A stretch of DNA of 32,000 bases from Candidatus Saccharimonadota bacterium (GTDB lineage Bacteria; Patescibacteriota; Patescibacteriia; 2-12-FULL-60-25): assembly GCA_023898425.1 (NCBI GenBank), contig CP060222.1, forward strand, positions 360,001-392,000, read 5' to 3'. The notes below the pieces were generated by a model, which was given only the letters and a program-made list of their open reading frames with translations, did not search any database and was not told the DNA's origin. A program made the translations under genes and the position numbers. The first letter of the stretch is position 1. Each line of letters begins with the position of its first letter. Positions 7,754 through 16,831 of the stretch are shown piece after piece.

Positions 7754-9565
7754 ATGGACCCGGTACAAGAGATTAAATCACGACTCGATGTTGCTGATAT
7801 TGTAGGGGAGTATTTGCCCCTCAAACCGTCAGGAACGGGCACGTTTAAGGCAAATTGCCCATTTCACAATGAGCGTACGCCGTCGTTTTTTGTTTCTCGT
7901 CCTCGTCAGAGTTGGCATTGTTTTGGTTGTGATGAAGGCGGTGATATTTTTTCTTTTGTACAGAGAATGGAAGGATTTGGTTTTCGTGAAGCACTTGAGT
8001 TTTTGGCAGGAAAAGCTGGTGTTACGCTTCCGGAATTTGAGCATAAGCCGGAGTACAATAGTAAACAGCGCTTATATGAAGTAAATGATTTAGCGCGTCG
8101 TTTTTATCGTTCTACGCTCGAGACCTCACAAGATGCAGAAATTGCACGTGCTTATGTTGAGAAGCGTGGCGTAGATACGCTTACGGCCGATCTTTTTTCA
8201 CTTGGATACGCTCCTGATGAATGGTCGGCTTTTGCGGATTACGCAAAAACAAAAGGCGTGACTGATACGGAGTTAATTCAAGCTGGTCTCGCAAATAAAC
8301 GTGAAAAGGGGAGCGGTGTTTATGATCGTTTTAGAGGGCGTCTTATGTTTCCGATTTGGGATGTTCAGGGGCATGTAATTGGTTTTACGGCGCGTATCTT
8401 AACGGATGCAAAAGATCAGCCAAAATACGTAAATACTCCAGAGACACCAGCTTATAAAAAGTCTGCGGTATTGTATGGGTTAGACAAGGCAAAAGGTGCT
8501 ATCCGACAAGAAGATATGGCTGTTATCGTCGAAGGTAATATGGATGTTGTGGGTTCGCATCAATACGATGTGCAAAATGTTGTAGCCTCTAGCGGTACAG
8601 CATTAACGGGAGAGCAATTATTTTTAATTAAGCGCTTTACAACAAATATTGCTATTGCCTTTGATCAAGACTCAGCGGGTGTTGCTGCGACATTGCGTGG
8701 TTTGGATTTAGCGCGATCACAAGACTTTACAATTAAAGTAATTCTTCTTCCTCCTGAAGCCGGCAAAGATCCTGATGAAGCGGTACGAAAAGATCCGCAA
8801 TTGTGGAGAGATGCGATTAAAAATGCAATCCCTATTATGGAATGGGTGTATCGAATGGGTTTTCGAGCTGGGTCACCCTCAACACCAGAGGGTAAAAAAG
8901 AAATTGTAAAAATGATTTTGCCAGAAATAAGTCGTATCGCTGATGCTGTTGAGCGTGATCACTGGATGCGTCGACTCGCCAAAGATCTTGATACAAGCTT
9001 GGGGGCATTAGAGGAGGTTTTGCAAAAACAGGAGAAAGTAAAAAAATATAATACGCCTTTACCATCTACAGAAGAAGGGGAGGCTCCGCGTATTATTCCT
9101 GAAGATCCAGAACTTGCTTGGATTCATGCGCAGGAAGAGCGGATTTTGGCGATGTGCCTTTGTTTTAAGCAGAATCCTGATATTCTATTGCAAGAATGCG
9201 ATTGGAATACGCCGTCATTTGAGAAAAACGATCTATTGCAGCTTTACAGAGCTCTGGTGACAGCCTATACTCAGTCACGTCAAGAATCTCCGTCCAATAT
9301 TGCGACGGGCATCCGTCCTCCGGCCACCCTGGCGCCAGAAGAGACGAAGACCTTCGACGCTCTCGCGTTTTATGCAGAGCGTGAATTCCAGGGGCAATCG
9401 CTTGAGCAACTCAAGCGAGAACTACAGAGAGATGTCGCCGCACTTCAGGACCGCCTGAAGAAACAACAACGCCGACATCTTGAACAACAGATGCGAGAAG
9501 CAGAACGCCTCAACGATCAAGAACGTATGACGGCGCTTCTCGAACAGTTTCAAAAACTGACTTAA
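7754..9565 (+). CDS. dnaG: DNA primase
   Basis: 603-aa intact ORF with a CHC2 zinc finger ([14 protein letters not shown]...[11 protein letters not shown]), the RNA-polymerase core and a TOPRIM domain (VIVEGNMDV...AFDQDSAG). Confidence 0.95.
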   Translation: MDPVQEIKSRLDVADIVGEYLPLKPSGTGTFKANCPFHNERTPSFFVSRPRQSWHCFGCDEGGDIFSFVQRMEGFGFREALEFLAGKAGVTLPEFEHKPEYNSKQRLYEVNDLARRFYRSTLETSQDAEIARAYVEKRGVDTLTADLFSLGYAPDEWSAFADYAKTKGVTDTELIQAGLANKREKGSGVYDRFRGRLMFPIWDVQGHVIGFTARILTDAKDQPKYVNTPETPAYKKSAVLYGLDKAKGAIRQEDMAVIVEGNMDVVGSHQYDVQNVVASSGTALTGEQLFLIKRFTTNIAIAFDQDSAGVAATLRGLDLARSQDFTIKVILLPPEAGKDPDEAVRKDPQLWRDAIKNAIPIMEWVYRMGFRAGSPSTPEGKKEIVKMILPEISRIADAVERDHWMRRLAKDLDTSLGALEEVLQKQEKVKKYNTPLPSTEEGEAPRIIPEDPELAWIHAQEERILAMCLCFKQNPDILLQECDWNTPSFEKNDLLQLYRALVTAYTQSRQESPSNIATGIRPPATLAPEETKTFDALAFYAEREFQGQSLEQLKRELQRDVAALQDRLKKQQRRHLEQQMREAERLNDQERMTALLEQFQKLT

Positions 9566-9590
9566 TACTGGCACAACAGAGAATACCTTT

Positions 9591-10982
9591 GTGCTGGCAA
9601 GGGATATGCCAACGAAGAAAAGTACAACGACAAAGGCTGTAAAAGCCACAAAGACAAAAGCGAAAACTGCTAAGCCAGCAGCCAAGGCTCCTAAATCTGT
9701 TAAAAAAACGTCCCCTAAAATGCCAAAAGCATTTAAACCAACAAAACCTTCGCCCAAGAAGACTGCGAAGAAGCCTTTGAAGCCCGCAACAATAGCATCA
9801 AAGAGCTCAGCAAAAAAGCCAACAACAAAAGCAAAAAAGACAACGGTAAAAGCAACGCCGGCTGTTCGCGTACCATATAAAAAATCTTTACCTCCATCTG
9901 ATGAAGTTATTGATCGATTATTTGAAAAAGCAAAAGCACGTGGTTTTTTAACAGAAAATGAAGTACTTTATACCTTTTCTGAGGTAGAAGACTATATTGA
10001 TGTTTACGAAGCTTTTATCGACCGTCTTGATGGCGCTGGTGTAACAATCGTTGAGCAAAAAGAAGGTATTCTTGGTCGTCAAAAAGAACGCGATCAAATT
10101 TTGCATACATTACATAGTATTGATGAGCGTCGCGGTCGCGTAGATCCTTCAGAACTCCTCACGGCTGATTCTATCCAAATGTATTTGCGTGAGATTGGTA
10201 AAATCCCACTTCTTACGGCAGAAGAAGAGGTCGCTTTAGCAAAACGCAAAGAACGCAACGAAAAAGAAGCAGAGCAAATGCTTATCGAAGCAAACTTACG
10301 TCTTGTTGTCTCGATTGCAAAAAAGTTTACCGGTAAAAGTTTGTCACTCCTTGATTTGATTCAAGAAGGGAATATCGGTCTCTTTAGAGCGGTAAAGAAA
10401 TTTGAATATCGTAAAGGTTTTAAATTCTCTACCTATGCAACGTGGTGGATTCGCCAAGCGATTACACGTGCTCTCGCTGATCAGAGTCGTACCATTCGTA
10501 TTCCGGTGCATATGGTTGAGACGATCAACAAGTTCCAGCAAATTGAACGTGAATTGATCCAAGAACTTGGTCGTGAACCAATGCCAGAAGAAATCGCGGC
10601 AGAAATGGGTCAGGATCTCGACAAGGTTCGTCACATTATCAAAATTTCACAAGACACGGTCTCACTTGAAACCTCCGTTGGTGATGATGACGAAGACTCA
10701 ACACTTGAAGACTTTATCGAAGACGTAAAGAATGTCACACCTGATCGTTCGGCAGCGCTCCAACTCTTGAAGGATTATGTGAATGAGATTGTTAAAGATC
10801 TTAATCCACGTGAACAAAAGATTCTCGAAATGCGCTTTGGCCTTGTAGACGGTGTCTCTCATACACTTGAAGAAGTAGGTAAAGAATTTGATGTTACTCG
10901 TGAACGTATTCGTCAGATTGAAGCCAAGGCTCTTGAGAAGATTCAAAACCATCCATTGATTCGAAGACTTGCGGATTACTAG
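9591..10982 (+). CDS. rpoD: primary (group 1) RNA polymerase sigma factor with a ~95-aa Lys/Ala/Pro/Thr-rich N-terminal extension
   Basis: Regions 1.2 to 4.2 are present ([69 protein letters not shown]). The start is ambiguous between GTG 9591 and ATG 9606. Confidence 0.93.
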   Translation: MLARDMPTKKSTTTKAVKATKTKAKTAKPAAKAPKSVKKTSPKMPKAFKPTKPSPKKTAKKPLKPATIASKSSAKKPTTKAKKTTVKATPAVRVPYKKSLPPSDEVIDRLFEKAKARGFLTENEVLYTFSEVEDYIDVYEAFIDRLDGAGVTIVEQKEGILGRQKERDQILHTLHSIDERRGRVDPSELLTADSIQMYLREIGKIPLLTAEEEVALAKRKERNEKEAEQMLIEANLRLVVSIAKKFTGKSLSLLDLIQEGNIGLFRAVKKFEYRKGFKFSTYATWWIRQAITRALADQSRTIRIPVHMVETINKFQQIERELIQELGREPMPEEIAAEMGQDLDKVRHIIKISQDTVSLETSVGDDDEDSTLEDFIEDVKNVTPDRSAALQLLKDYVNEIVKDLNPREQKILEMRFGLVDGVSHTLEEVGKEFDVTRERIRQIEAKALEKIQNHPLIRRLADY

Positions 10983-10987
10983 ACTTT

Positions 10988-11008
10988 CTCCGCCATCGCT
11001 TCGCTCGG
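10988..11008. repeat. short GC-rich intergenic repeat motif (related copies at 19338-19365 and 19448-19468)
   Basis: CTCCGCCATCGCTTCGCTCGG here against CTCCGCTAGCGCTGCGCTCGG at 19448-19468 (18/21 identical). A hairpin follows each within about 3 nt. Confidence 0.45.
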
Positions 11009-11135
11009 CACCTCTTTCACGTTCGTGAAAAAGGGGATGCGGATTTAATACAGTGTTTATAAAAAATCCATATCTCCCTGTCCACGAATGTGGAAAGGGA
11101 TACCCCAAGCAACGCGATGGGGAGGGAAAAGTTCA

Positions 11136-11162
11136 GAAAACCTCCCGATTGGGAGGTTTTTC
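11136..11162. terminator. bidirectional intrinsic terminator between rpoD and the convergent 160-aa gene
   Basis: AAAA-CCTCCC-gatt-GGGAGG-TTTTT. Confidence 0.7.
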
Positions 11163-11643
11163 AGTAGCTGTAGTAGGAACGTTCTCTGGGCGGATCCATG
11201 TGGTAAAAAGCGAGAAGACGTCTATTGTCTTCGCTATAGAATAGATCGCCAAAAGCTTTCCAGATGCGATCATAGCGTGCTTGGGGATTATTTTGTTCGC
11301 CTACAAGCGCGAAGTGATCTGAGAGCAGGGTTATGATGCAGTGAGCTTTGTCTAGGTGTCCAGCAGCCATGGTTGTTGGCGGATGTCTAAAGAAGTTTGC
11401 TGAATAGCCAAAGCTAAAATTGCCGCAACCCATTGCGATAATGAGTTTTTCTGCTCGGGTGAGTTCTTGCAAGAAGGCGACTTCGAGATCGGTAACAGGT
11501 CTCTTGCTTCTCAGGACACCGATAGCATAGTCTCCTTTTGCATGAATCAGTGTTGTGAGTTCGGTATCAAGAACACGGATCTTCTCGAGCTCTTCGTGAG
11601 AAAGGGCATAGCGTTCTTCTGATGTCATGATGGGTGATGGCAC
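11161..11643 (-). CDS. hypothetical protein (160 aa); possible distant member of the orphan family at 15808-16374 and 16832-17401
   Basis: GTG start at 11643 is preceded by AAGAGG 5 nt upstream. It shares a short CGN motif and a C-terminal RYDRI...L.Y helix with the 189-aa protein (RYERI...LYAEQP). Confidence 0.55.
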   Translation of the reverse strand: MPSPIMTSEERYALSHEELEKIRVLDTELTTLIHAKGDYAIGVLRSKRPVTDLEVAFLQELTRAEKLIIAMGCGNFSFGYSANFFRHPPTTMAAGHLDKAHCIITLLSDHFALVGEQNNPQARYDRIWKAFGDLFYSEDNRRLLAFYHMDPPRERSYYSY

Positions 11644-11682
11644 GGGAACCTCTTGGTACGAGTCATCGACACAGTAACAAAC

Positions 11683-11711
11683 AAAAACCCAGCTGAAAAG
11701 GCGGGGTTTTT
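11683..11711 (-). terminator. terminator-like hairpin after the ABC-F gene
   Basis: A5-CCCAGC-loop-GCGGGG-T5 with one mismatch, immediately downstream of the stop at 11716-11718. Confidence 0.4.
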
Positions 11712-11715
11712 GTTT

Positions 11716-13191
11716 TTAGAGCTCAGGTTCAGCGCGCTTGAGGAGGGTGCTGAGATCAAGGAATTCGTTAAAGGTAATTTGACTTACGAAGTCTGGCATA
11801 TGACTTACGACGATCACTACGCCCTCGAAAGCATCAAGAGCTTTGGCAATGACAGGTAAGTGACGAAAGTTAATATGGTTCGTAGGTTCATCAAGAATAA
11901 GTAGAGCAGGTTTTTGTAGAACAAAACGAGCAAAACAGAGGAGTCCTTTTTGGCCTTCGGACAAGGATCCGATCTTATTATGCATGATCTTTGAAGGGAT
12001 CAAGAATTGCGCTGCCGTCGCATAAATCACTTCTTTGTCTTCTACCCCGTACACTTCTGCCATGGATTCGTAGACGGTTTGATTAAAGTCTAGTCCAGAG
12101 AAATCTTGGCGATAGTAACCAACGCTTACGCCTTCGCCAATAACCGCACCTGTATCATCATTGTCAGCAAGATGTCTCAAGAGTGTTGATTTACCAATAC
12201 CGTTTGGACCTGAGATAAGAAGTTTTCGGCCACGACGCAAACCAAGATCTACTTCGGCGCGGTAAGGTTCGTGTTGTTTGATAATACGTACAGATTTAAT
12301 GCGTACGATCTCTTCTTTGTATTCTTGGCAAGGAATGGTAAATTCACGAATCGTTTTATCTTCTTGGCGTTCGTCTACCATGTTTTCTTCTGCTTCTTCG
12401 ATTTGATCGCGAAGTTTTGAAGCGAGTTTACGCATCTTACCACCCTTGTTTGCAAAGAAGTTTACTTTATCTTTGCGATCTTGAATGGATTTTTCCATAC
12501 GGGCATTTTGCATGCGTTCACGTTCGAGACGGGCTGCGATTTCTTCTACCACGTTGTAATAGTTACCAACGTATTGTTCGACTTTGTGCGTATAGCTATC
12601 AAGATGAAGCACGCCTTCGGTAAAGGCATTTAAGAAATCCGCATCGTGAGAAATAACGATGACCGTTTTTGGATACATCATCAAAAAACCGGTGAGATGC
12701 TCGATGCCTTCGGTATCAAGATTATTTGTAGGCTCATCAAGAAGTAAAATATCTGGTTCCTGAATCAATGCATACGCTAAAAGTAGACGAGCGAGCTGGC
12801 CACCTGAGAATGCCTTTAAAACCTTATCGAGAGGGGTATCAAGATTGACGACTTCGAGGACATCTTTAATGCGTTTATCGAGATCGTATTTTGTCTCCTC
12901 AAACGCTTGCTCGAAGTATTCGCGAACGGTTTTATCGAGGTTTTCTTTTGCCATGACCTGTAAACCGATGGCAATTTTGGCATTATCACGAATATGGATT
13001 TTGCCTTCGAGTGGCTTAAGCTCGCCGAGCATCAACTTAAATAACGTGGATTTACCAGCCCCATTTTGACCCATGAGCGTGATTTTTGAGTCTTCGCGAA
13101 CCGAAAAACTCGCTTCTTCAAGCGTTGGGTGTTGTTCATCGTACCCGTAGGTGACGTCCTGAAAGCGGACGATTACATTGCCGTGTTCCAT
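11716..13191 (-). CDS. ABC-F family ATPase (two nucleotide-binding domains, no TM domain)
   Basis: 491-aa intact ORF with two Walker A sites (GQNGAGKST, GPNGIGKST), two signature motifs (FSGGQLARL, LSEGQKGLL), two Walker B motifs (LLLDEPTN, LILDEPTN) and a charged linker between them. Confidence 0.9.
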   Translation of the reverse strand: MEHGNVIVRFQDVTYGYDEQHPTLEEASFSVREDSKITLMGQNGAGKSTLFKLMLGELKPLEGKIHIRDNAKIAIGLQVMAKENLDKTVREYFEQAFEETKYDLDKRIKDVLEVVNLDTPLDKVLKAFSGGQLARLLLAYALIQEPDILLLDEPTNNLDTEGIEHLTGFLMMYPKTVIVISHDADFLNAFTEGVLHLDSYTHKVEQYVGNYYNVVEEIAARLERERMQNARMEKSIQDRKDKVNFFANKGGKMRKLASKLRDQIEEAEENMVDERQEDKTIREFTIPCQEYKEEIVRIKSVRIIKQHEPYRAEVDLGLRRGRKLLISGPNGIGKSTLLRHLADNDDTGAVIGEGVSVGYYRQDFSGLDFNQTVYESMAEVYGVEDKEVIYATAAQFLIPSKIMHNKIGSLSEGQKGLLCFARFVLQKPALLILDEPTNHINFRHLPVIAKALDAFEGVVIVVSHMPDFVSQITFNEFLDLSTLLKRAEPEL

Positions 13192-13306
13192 AGAAAATTG
13201 CGCTGAGAATACCTTAAAATGGCAAAAATGGCAAGTGTTTCAGGTATGTTTTCCACATCTTGACCATCTTGGCACAAAACGATAGTATTCCGACACAACT
13301 TACTAT

Positions 13307-13381
13307 TCCGAGGTAGCTCAGTGGTAGAGCAGAGGACTGTTAATCCTTTGGTCGTGGGTTCGAATCCCCCCCTCGGAGCCA
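13307..13381 (+). tRNA. tRNA-Asn (anticodon GTT), CCA encoded
   Basis: The cloverleaf folds by hand: acceptor TCCGAGG/CCTCGGA, D arm GCTC-AGTGGTA-GAGC, anticodon arm GAGGA-CTGTTAA-TCCTT, T arm GTGGG-TTCGAAT-CCCCC (one U.C mismatch), discriminator G and CCA. Confidence 0.9.
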
Positions 13382-13389
13382 TCATCAAA

Positions 13390-13413
13390 CCATCACACAA
13401 GTGGTGGTTTTTT
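13390..13413 (+). terminator. intrinsic terminator after tRNA-Asn (copy 1 of a 30-nt direct repeat)
   Basis: CCATCAC-acaa-GTGGTGG followed by T6. Confidence 0.65.
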
Positions 13414-13485
13414 GTTTGTAATTTGGAAGAATAATGATTTTGAATGACTCTATACAGCTTTACGTTAAAGGAGTATCCATAAGTA

Positions 13486-14505
13486 ATGAAAATCTCCACA
13501 TATTATATCGCGGTACTTGTTGTTGCTAGCTTTTTATTAGGCGGCGGTGCTTTTCTGCTGTGGCAGAATCAACAAGTCGTTCCTGTAGCAGTAACGACAC
13601 TGTCTTATGTGACTTCTGTAGAGGATTCCATAAGGTATTGTAATGGTGACCAAATGGATAGCGAGGGTTATAAAAAGACTCTTACCGTTGAGCGGACAAC
13701 GAGTACTCTCGAACAAAATCCTACCATTACCCAGTTAGTGAAAGAGACGATCCACGCCGCGACAACGGGCATGTGTCAAACGGTATTAGATCAGTCTGAG
13801 ATTACGGTAAATAATGGGATCGTCTCGATCCCGGCGATTGATGGCTGGGCGGGTGTATCTATTACGCTTTGTAGCTGTAAACCTATCGTCGAAACCAATC
13901 TCTTACGAATTCCTGGGATAACAGGCGTTATTTGGCAGTCTCAAACGGCCGTCGCCACTACTTTTGCCGAATGTGTTGCTGCAGGTAATCCGGTGATGGA
14001 GTCTTATCCTCGACAATGTCGTGCAAACGGAACGAACTATACAGAGTATATTGGCAATGAACTCGAGAAGTCAGATCTTATTCGTATCGATTCACCTCGT
14101 CCAAATCAATCGATTTCAAGTCCGCTTATCATCAAAGGCGAGGCACGAGGAAATTGGTTTTTTGAAGCGAGCTTTCCGATATTTTTGACGGATTGGGATG
14201 GGAAGATTATTGCCCAAGGTGTTGCGCAAGCTAAAGGGGATTGGATGACAACCGAATTTGTACCGTACGAAGCAACGCTTACGTATACGACAGAGAAAGA
14301 TATTTATAGTAATCGTGGTACCCTCATCTTAAAGAAAGACAACCCCTCTGATTTGCCACAAAATGATGATGCTCTCGAAATTCCTGTCACGTTTAGCGGA
14401 GTTTCTGCACCACCAAAAGTATGTAATCAAGATGCAAAGGTCTGTAGCGATGGCTCAGCCGTAGGGCGAACGGGTCCAAACTGCGAATTTGCTCAGTGTC
14501 CTTAG
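13486..14505 (+). CDS. membrane-anchored GerMN-like / Gmad2 immunoglobulin-like domain protein with Cys-rich C-terminal tail
   Basis: N-terminal TM segment (YYIAVLVVASFLLGGGAFLLW). The C-terminal half (IRIDSPRPNQSISSPLIIKGEARGNWFFEASFPIFLTDWDGKIIAQG...EFVPYEATLTY) matches the Gmad2 Ig-like fold signature. The tail reads CNQDAKVCSDGSAVGRTGPNCEFAQCP. Confidence 0.7.
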   Translation: MKISTYYIAVLVVASFLLGGGAFLLWQNQQVVPVAVTTLSYVTSVEDSIRYCNGDQMDSEGYKKTLTVERTTSTLEQNPTITQLVKETIHAATTGMCQTVLDQSEITVNNGIVSIPAIDGWAGVSITLCSCKPIVETNLLRIPGITGVIWQSQTAVATTFAECVAAGNPVMESYPRQCRANGTNYTEYIGNELEKSDLIRIDSPRPNQSISSPLIIKGEARGNWFFEASFPIFLTDWDGKIIAQGVAQAKGDWMTTEFVPYEATLTYTTEKDIYSNRGTLILKKDNPSDLPQNDDALEIPVTFSGVSAPPKVCNQDAKVCSDGSAVGRTGPNCEFAQCP

Positions 14506-14515
14506 TTTGATTAAA

Positions 14516-14539
14516 CCATCACGCAAGTGGTGGTTTTTT
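14516..14539 (+). terminator. intrinsic terminator (copy 2 of the 30-nt direct repeat)
   Basis: CCATCAC-gcaa-GTGGTGG followed by T6. It matches 13387-13416 at 29 of 30 positions. Confidence 0.65.
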
Positions 14540-14565
14540 GTTGTTATTTAAGCTATTCTCTCTTT

Positions 14566-14925
14566 ATGAAAGACGAACGTAATCACCGTGTCTACAAAAT
14601 GGCCTTTTCGAGTGTCTATCCTCTTTATATTGCGAAGGGGGAGAAAAAAGGCCGCACGAAAGACGAAGTTGACGAAGTTATTCGTTGGTTGACGGGCTAT
14701 ACGCAAAAACAACTCGAATCACAAATAAAAAAGCAAGTAGATTTTGAGACGTTCTTTGCAGAGGCAAAAAAGATGAATCCTTCGCGGTCATTGATTACAG
14801 GAACTATTTGCGGTGTTCGTCTTGAAGAAATCAAAGTGCCATTGATGCGTGAGATTCGCTATCTAGATAAGTTGGTTGATGAGTTGGCAAAAGGTCGACC
14901 AATGGAAAAGATTTTAAGAAAATAG
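14566..14925 (+). CDS. DUF2200 family protein
   Basis: [45 protein letters not shown]...ICGVRLEEI resembles DUF2200 proteins. I chose the ATG at 14566 because the 14527 GTG lies inside the upstream terminator. Confidence 0.7.
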   Translation: MKDERNHRVYKMAFSSVYPLYIAKGEKKGRTKDEVDEVIRWLTGYTQKQLESQIKKQVDFETFFAEAKKMNPSRSLITGTICGVRLEEIKVPLMREIRYLDKLVDELAKGRPMEKILRK

Positions 14926-14951
14926 CATCGTTAGATAATTTGCTGCAGCAT

Positions 14952-15371
14952 ATGAATATGTTTAAAAAGGTAAAGCCTACAAACGTAAAAGAATATCTCG
15001 CTTCTGTTCCGGCAGACAGAAAAGAAGCGATAGACTTTTTGCATACGTTTATTCAAAAATCCGTGCCAAAACTCAAGCCGCATTTTGCCTATAATATGCT
15101 TGGGTATGGTTCTTTTCCGTATGTAAATTATAAAAAAGAACAGATTCTTTGGCCTACGATTGCGATGGCGAATCAAAAGAATTATATCAGCATTTACGTT
15201 TGTGCTATCGACGGAAAAGAATATTTTGCAGAAAAATTTAAGGATGACCTTGGCAAGGTGAGCGTTGGAAAGAGCTGCATTCGTTTTAAAAAAATAGAAG
15301 ACTTGCATCTTCCTACATTAAAAAAAGTTCTTCAGTTAGCTGCAAAAAGTCCTGGGTTTGTAGCACCGTAA
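14952..15371 (+). CDS. DUF1801 (YdhG-like) domain protein
   Basis: ...VKEYLASVPADRKEAIDFLHTFIQKSVPKLKPHF...GYGSFPY...SCIRFKKIEDL follows the usual DUF1801 pattern. The start is ATG 14952 or 14958. Confidence 0.7.
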   Translation: MNMFKKVKPTNVKEYLASVPADRKEAIDFLHTFIQKSVPKLKPHFAYNMLGYGSFPYVNYKKEQILWPTIAMANQKNYISIYVCAIDGKEYFAEKFKDDLGKVSVGKSCIRFKKIEDLHLPTLKKVLQLAAKSPGFVAP

Positions 15372-15418
15372 AAAGGGATAAGCATTTACAATTAATCATT
15401 AAATACTCTAAACATACT

Positions 15419-15751
15419 ATGGCTATTCTAGATATTAAACCGCAGAGTTCAACAGAGGCTGAGGTGGTAACACCAAAAAAAGAGAGCTTGTTACTTCGAA
15501 TATTTGTCATCTCTATTGTTGCATTGCCGATTATTATTGGTTTGTGGGCAATAGCGAGTTTTTATTTCGCATCTATATTTTCCGTAGCGAACTCTTCTCC
15601 GCAAGAAGTCCAACGCATGATGACTTTAATAAGAGTTATTAACATGAGTCTTAGTCTTCTTGGTCTTGCCGCTTTGGGTGGGGTATTATTTGTTCCCGTT
15701 ATTGCTGCGATTAATGAACTTATTAACCTTTTCACACGTAAAAATAAGTGA
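15419..15751 (+). CDS. hypothetical membrane protein (110 aa, two TM helices)
   Basis: ATG start. Hydrophobic segments are IFVISIVALPIIIGLWAIASFYF and LSLLGLAALGGVLFVPVIAAI. A strong terminator follows. Confidence 0.5.
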   Translation: MAILDIKPQSSTEAEVVTPKKESLLLRIFVISIVALPIIIGLWAIASFYFASIFSVANSSPQEVQRMMTLIRVINMSLSLLGLAALGGVLFVPVIAAINELINLFTRKNK

Positions 15752-15755
15752 TCGA

Positions 15756-15792
15756 AAAAAGCGCGACATCTAGTAGGATGTTGCGCTTTTTG
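15756..15792. terminator. bidirectional intrinsic terminator
   Basis: A6-GCGCGACATC-tagtag-GATGTTGCGC-T5, between convergent genes. Confidence 0.7.
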
Positions 15793-15807
15793 ATTAGGAG
15801 AAGCTCC

Positions 15808-16374
15808 TTAGCTGATGGACGCGTAAGCGTATTGTTGAGTGATCATGTCCGTTGGTTGGTCAACGTAGACACGCAACAAGAGTCTTAGCGTTTCTTCGTA
15901 GAGCTCGCGTGTTTCGAGGCGCATCTCAGCGAAGTAATATGAATCAGACTTCAGCGTTTTGAGCTCGTCAGGAATTTGCAAACGATCCTGCAGTTTAGAA
16001 TCTCTGCCTTCTACGGAGATATCATATTGGAGGGGCAATCCTGGGCTTGTACTCAGTTTTAGCAAAGCTCGATAATGCGGATTGAGCGAATGAGGTTCGC
16101 CGCATCGTAAAGAGATTGTGCAGACCGTCTCATTGCCATGGACTTGTACGGGAGACCAATAGATCTGAAGGGCTACCTCAGAAGGTCCTCGACGTTCCGA
16201 AAAAGAGATGAGTAGTCCAGACTCGCCATCAGTTCGTACCATACTACCATTGCAGGTGATGCGTTCTTCTTCTGCGATCAATGCGATGCGAAGAATTTCG
16301 TTTGTGATGATTTTGGGTATGAGCCTGTGTTTGAGTACCTGCTCCTTAAAGTACGTATTTACAAATGGACGCAT
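15808..16374 (-). CDS. hypothetical protein (188 aa), orphan family member
   Basis: AGGAG sits 5 nt upstream of the ATG at 16374. It is collinear with the 189-aa protein at 16832-17401 in three blocks: LRCGE/LYCGN, QYDISVEGRDSKLQDRL/RYSIHIDERDDQLKNLL and LYEETLRLLLRVYVDQPTDM/RYERILMRLLQLYAEQPQDL. Confidence 0.6.
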   Translation of the reverse strand: MRPFVNTYFKEQVLKHRLIPKIITNEILRIALIAEEERITCNGSMVRTDGESGLLISFSERRGPSEVALQIYWSPVQVHGNETVCTISLRCGEPHSLNPHYRALLKLSTSPGLPLQYDISVEGRDSKLQDRLQIPDELKTLKSDSYYFAEMRLETRELYEETLRLLLRVYVDQPTDMITQQYAYASIS

Positions 16375-16490
16375 GACAACTCCTGGTTCATGAAAGTTCT
16401 GTCAGAAGAAAAACATATTTTAATGATAAAGTCAATGCTATACAGCGTTAACTGTACAAAACCCGCATATACGAGTATGGTTATTTTAAT

Positions 16491-16784
16491 ATGATGAAAG
16501 ACTATATTGCATACTTAAAAGACAATCCACAAGGCTATTGGTTTAAAGCAAAGCTCTATGGCTATGGCTGGGTGCCCGTAAAGTGGCAAGGATGGGCCGT
16601 TATTGCGGTGTATCTTGTATTGATTGCCTTATTTGCTTTTACGATTGACGAGCGTTCGTCTAATAGCGAAGTAATGTTTACCTTTGTTCTACCGATTGCA
16701 TTGCTTACGATAACACTTATTCGTATCTGTTATCTCAAAGGTGAAAAGCCCTCATGGAGATGGGGATTGCCGAAAAAGCACTAA
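16491..16784 (+). CDS. hypothetical small membrane protein (97 aa)
   Basis: ...YGYGWVPVKWQGWAVIAVYLVLIALFAFTI... and a second TM segment, FTFVLPIALLTITLIRICYL. A terminator follows. Confidence 0.55.
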   Translation: MMKDYIAYLKDNPQGYWFKAKLYGYGWVPVKWQGWAVIAVYLVLIALFAFTIDERSSNSEVMFTFVLPIALLTITLIRICYLKGEKPSWRWGLPKKH

Positions 16785-16794
16785 TCAAGAAAAT

Positions 16795-16826
16795 GAAAAA
16801 GAGCGCGCCAATGGGTGCGCTCTTTT
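16795..16826. terminator. bidirectional intrinsic terminator
   Basis: AAAAAGAGCGC-gccaatgggt-GCGCTCTTTT. Confidence 0.7.
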
Positions 16827-16831
16827 GAGTG

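Noticed and set aside
9422-9757. 111-aa ORF antisense to the dnaG end and rpoD start
   Set aside because: It is the complement of the low-complexity Lys/Ala-coding region of rpoD (poly-Phe/Leu/Ala translation). It has no independent signals.
13173-13499. 108-aa ORF on the - strand
   Set aside because: It runs antisense through tRNA-Asn, its terminator and the divergent promoter region, so it is an artefact of ORF calling.
14527-14565. GTG start at 14527 for the DUF2200 gene
   Set aside because: That start lies inside the upstream terminator hairpin and T-run, and it adds a hydrophobic peptide that is not part of the family. The ATG at 14566 (MKDERNH) is preferred.
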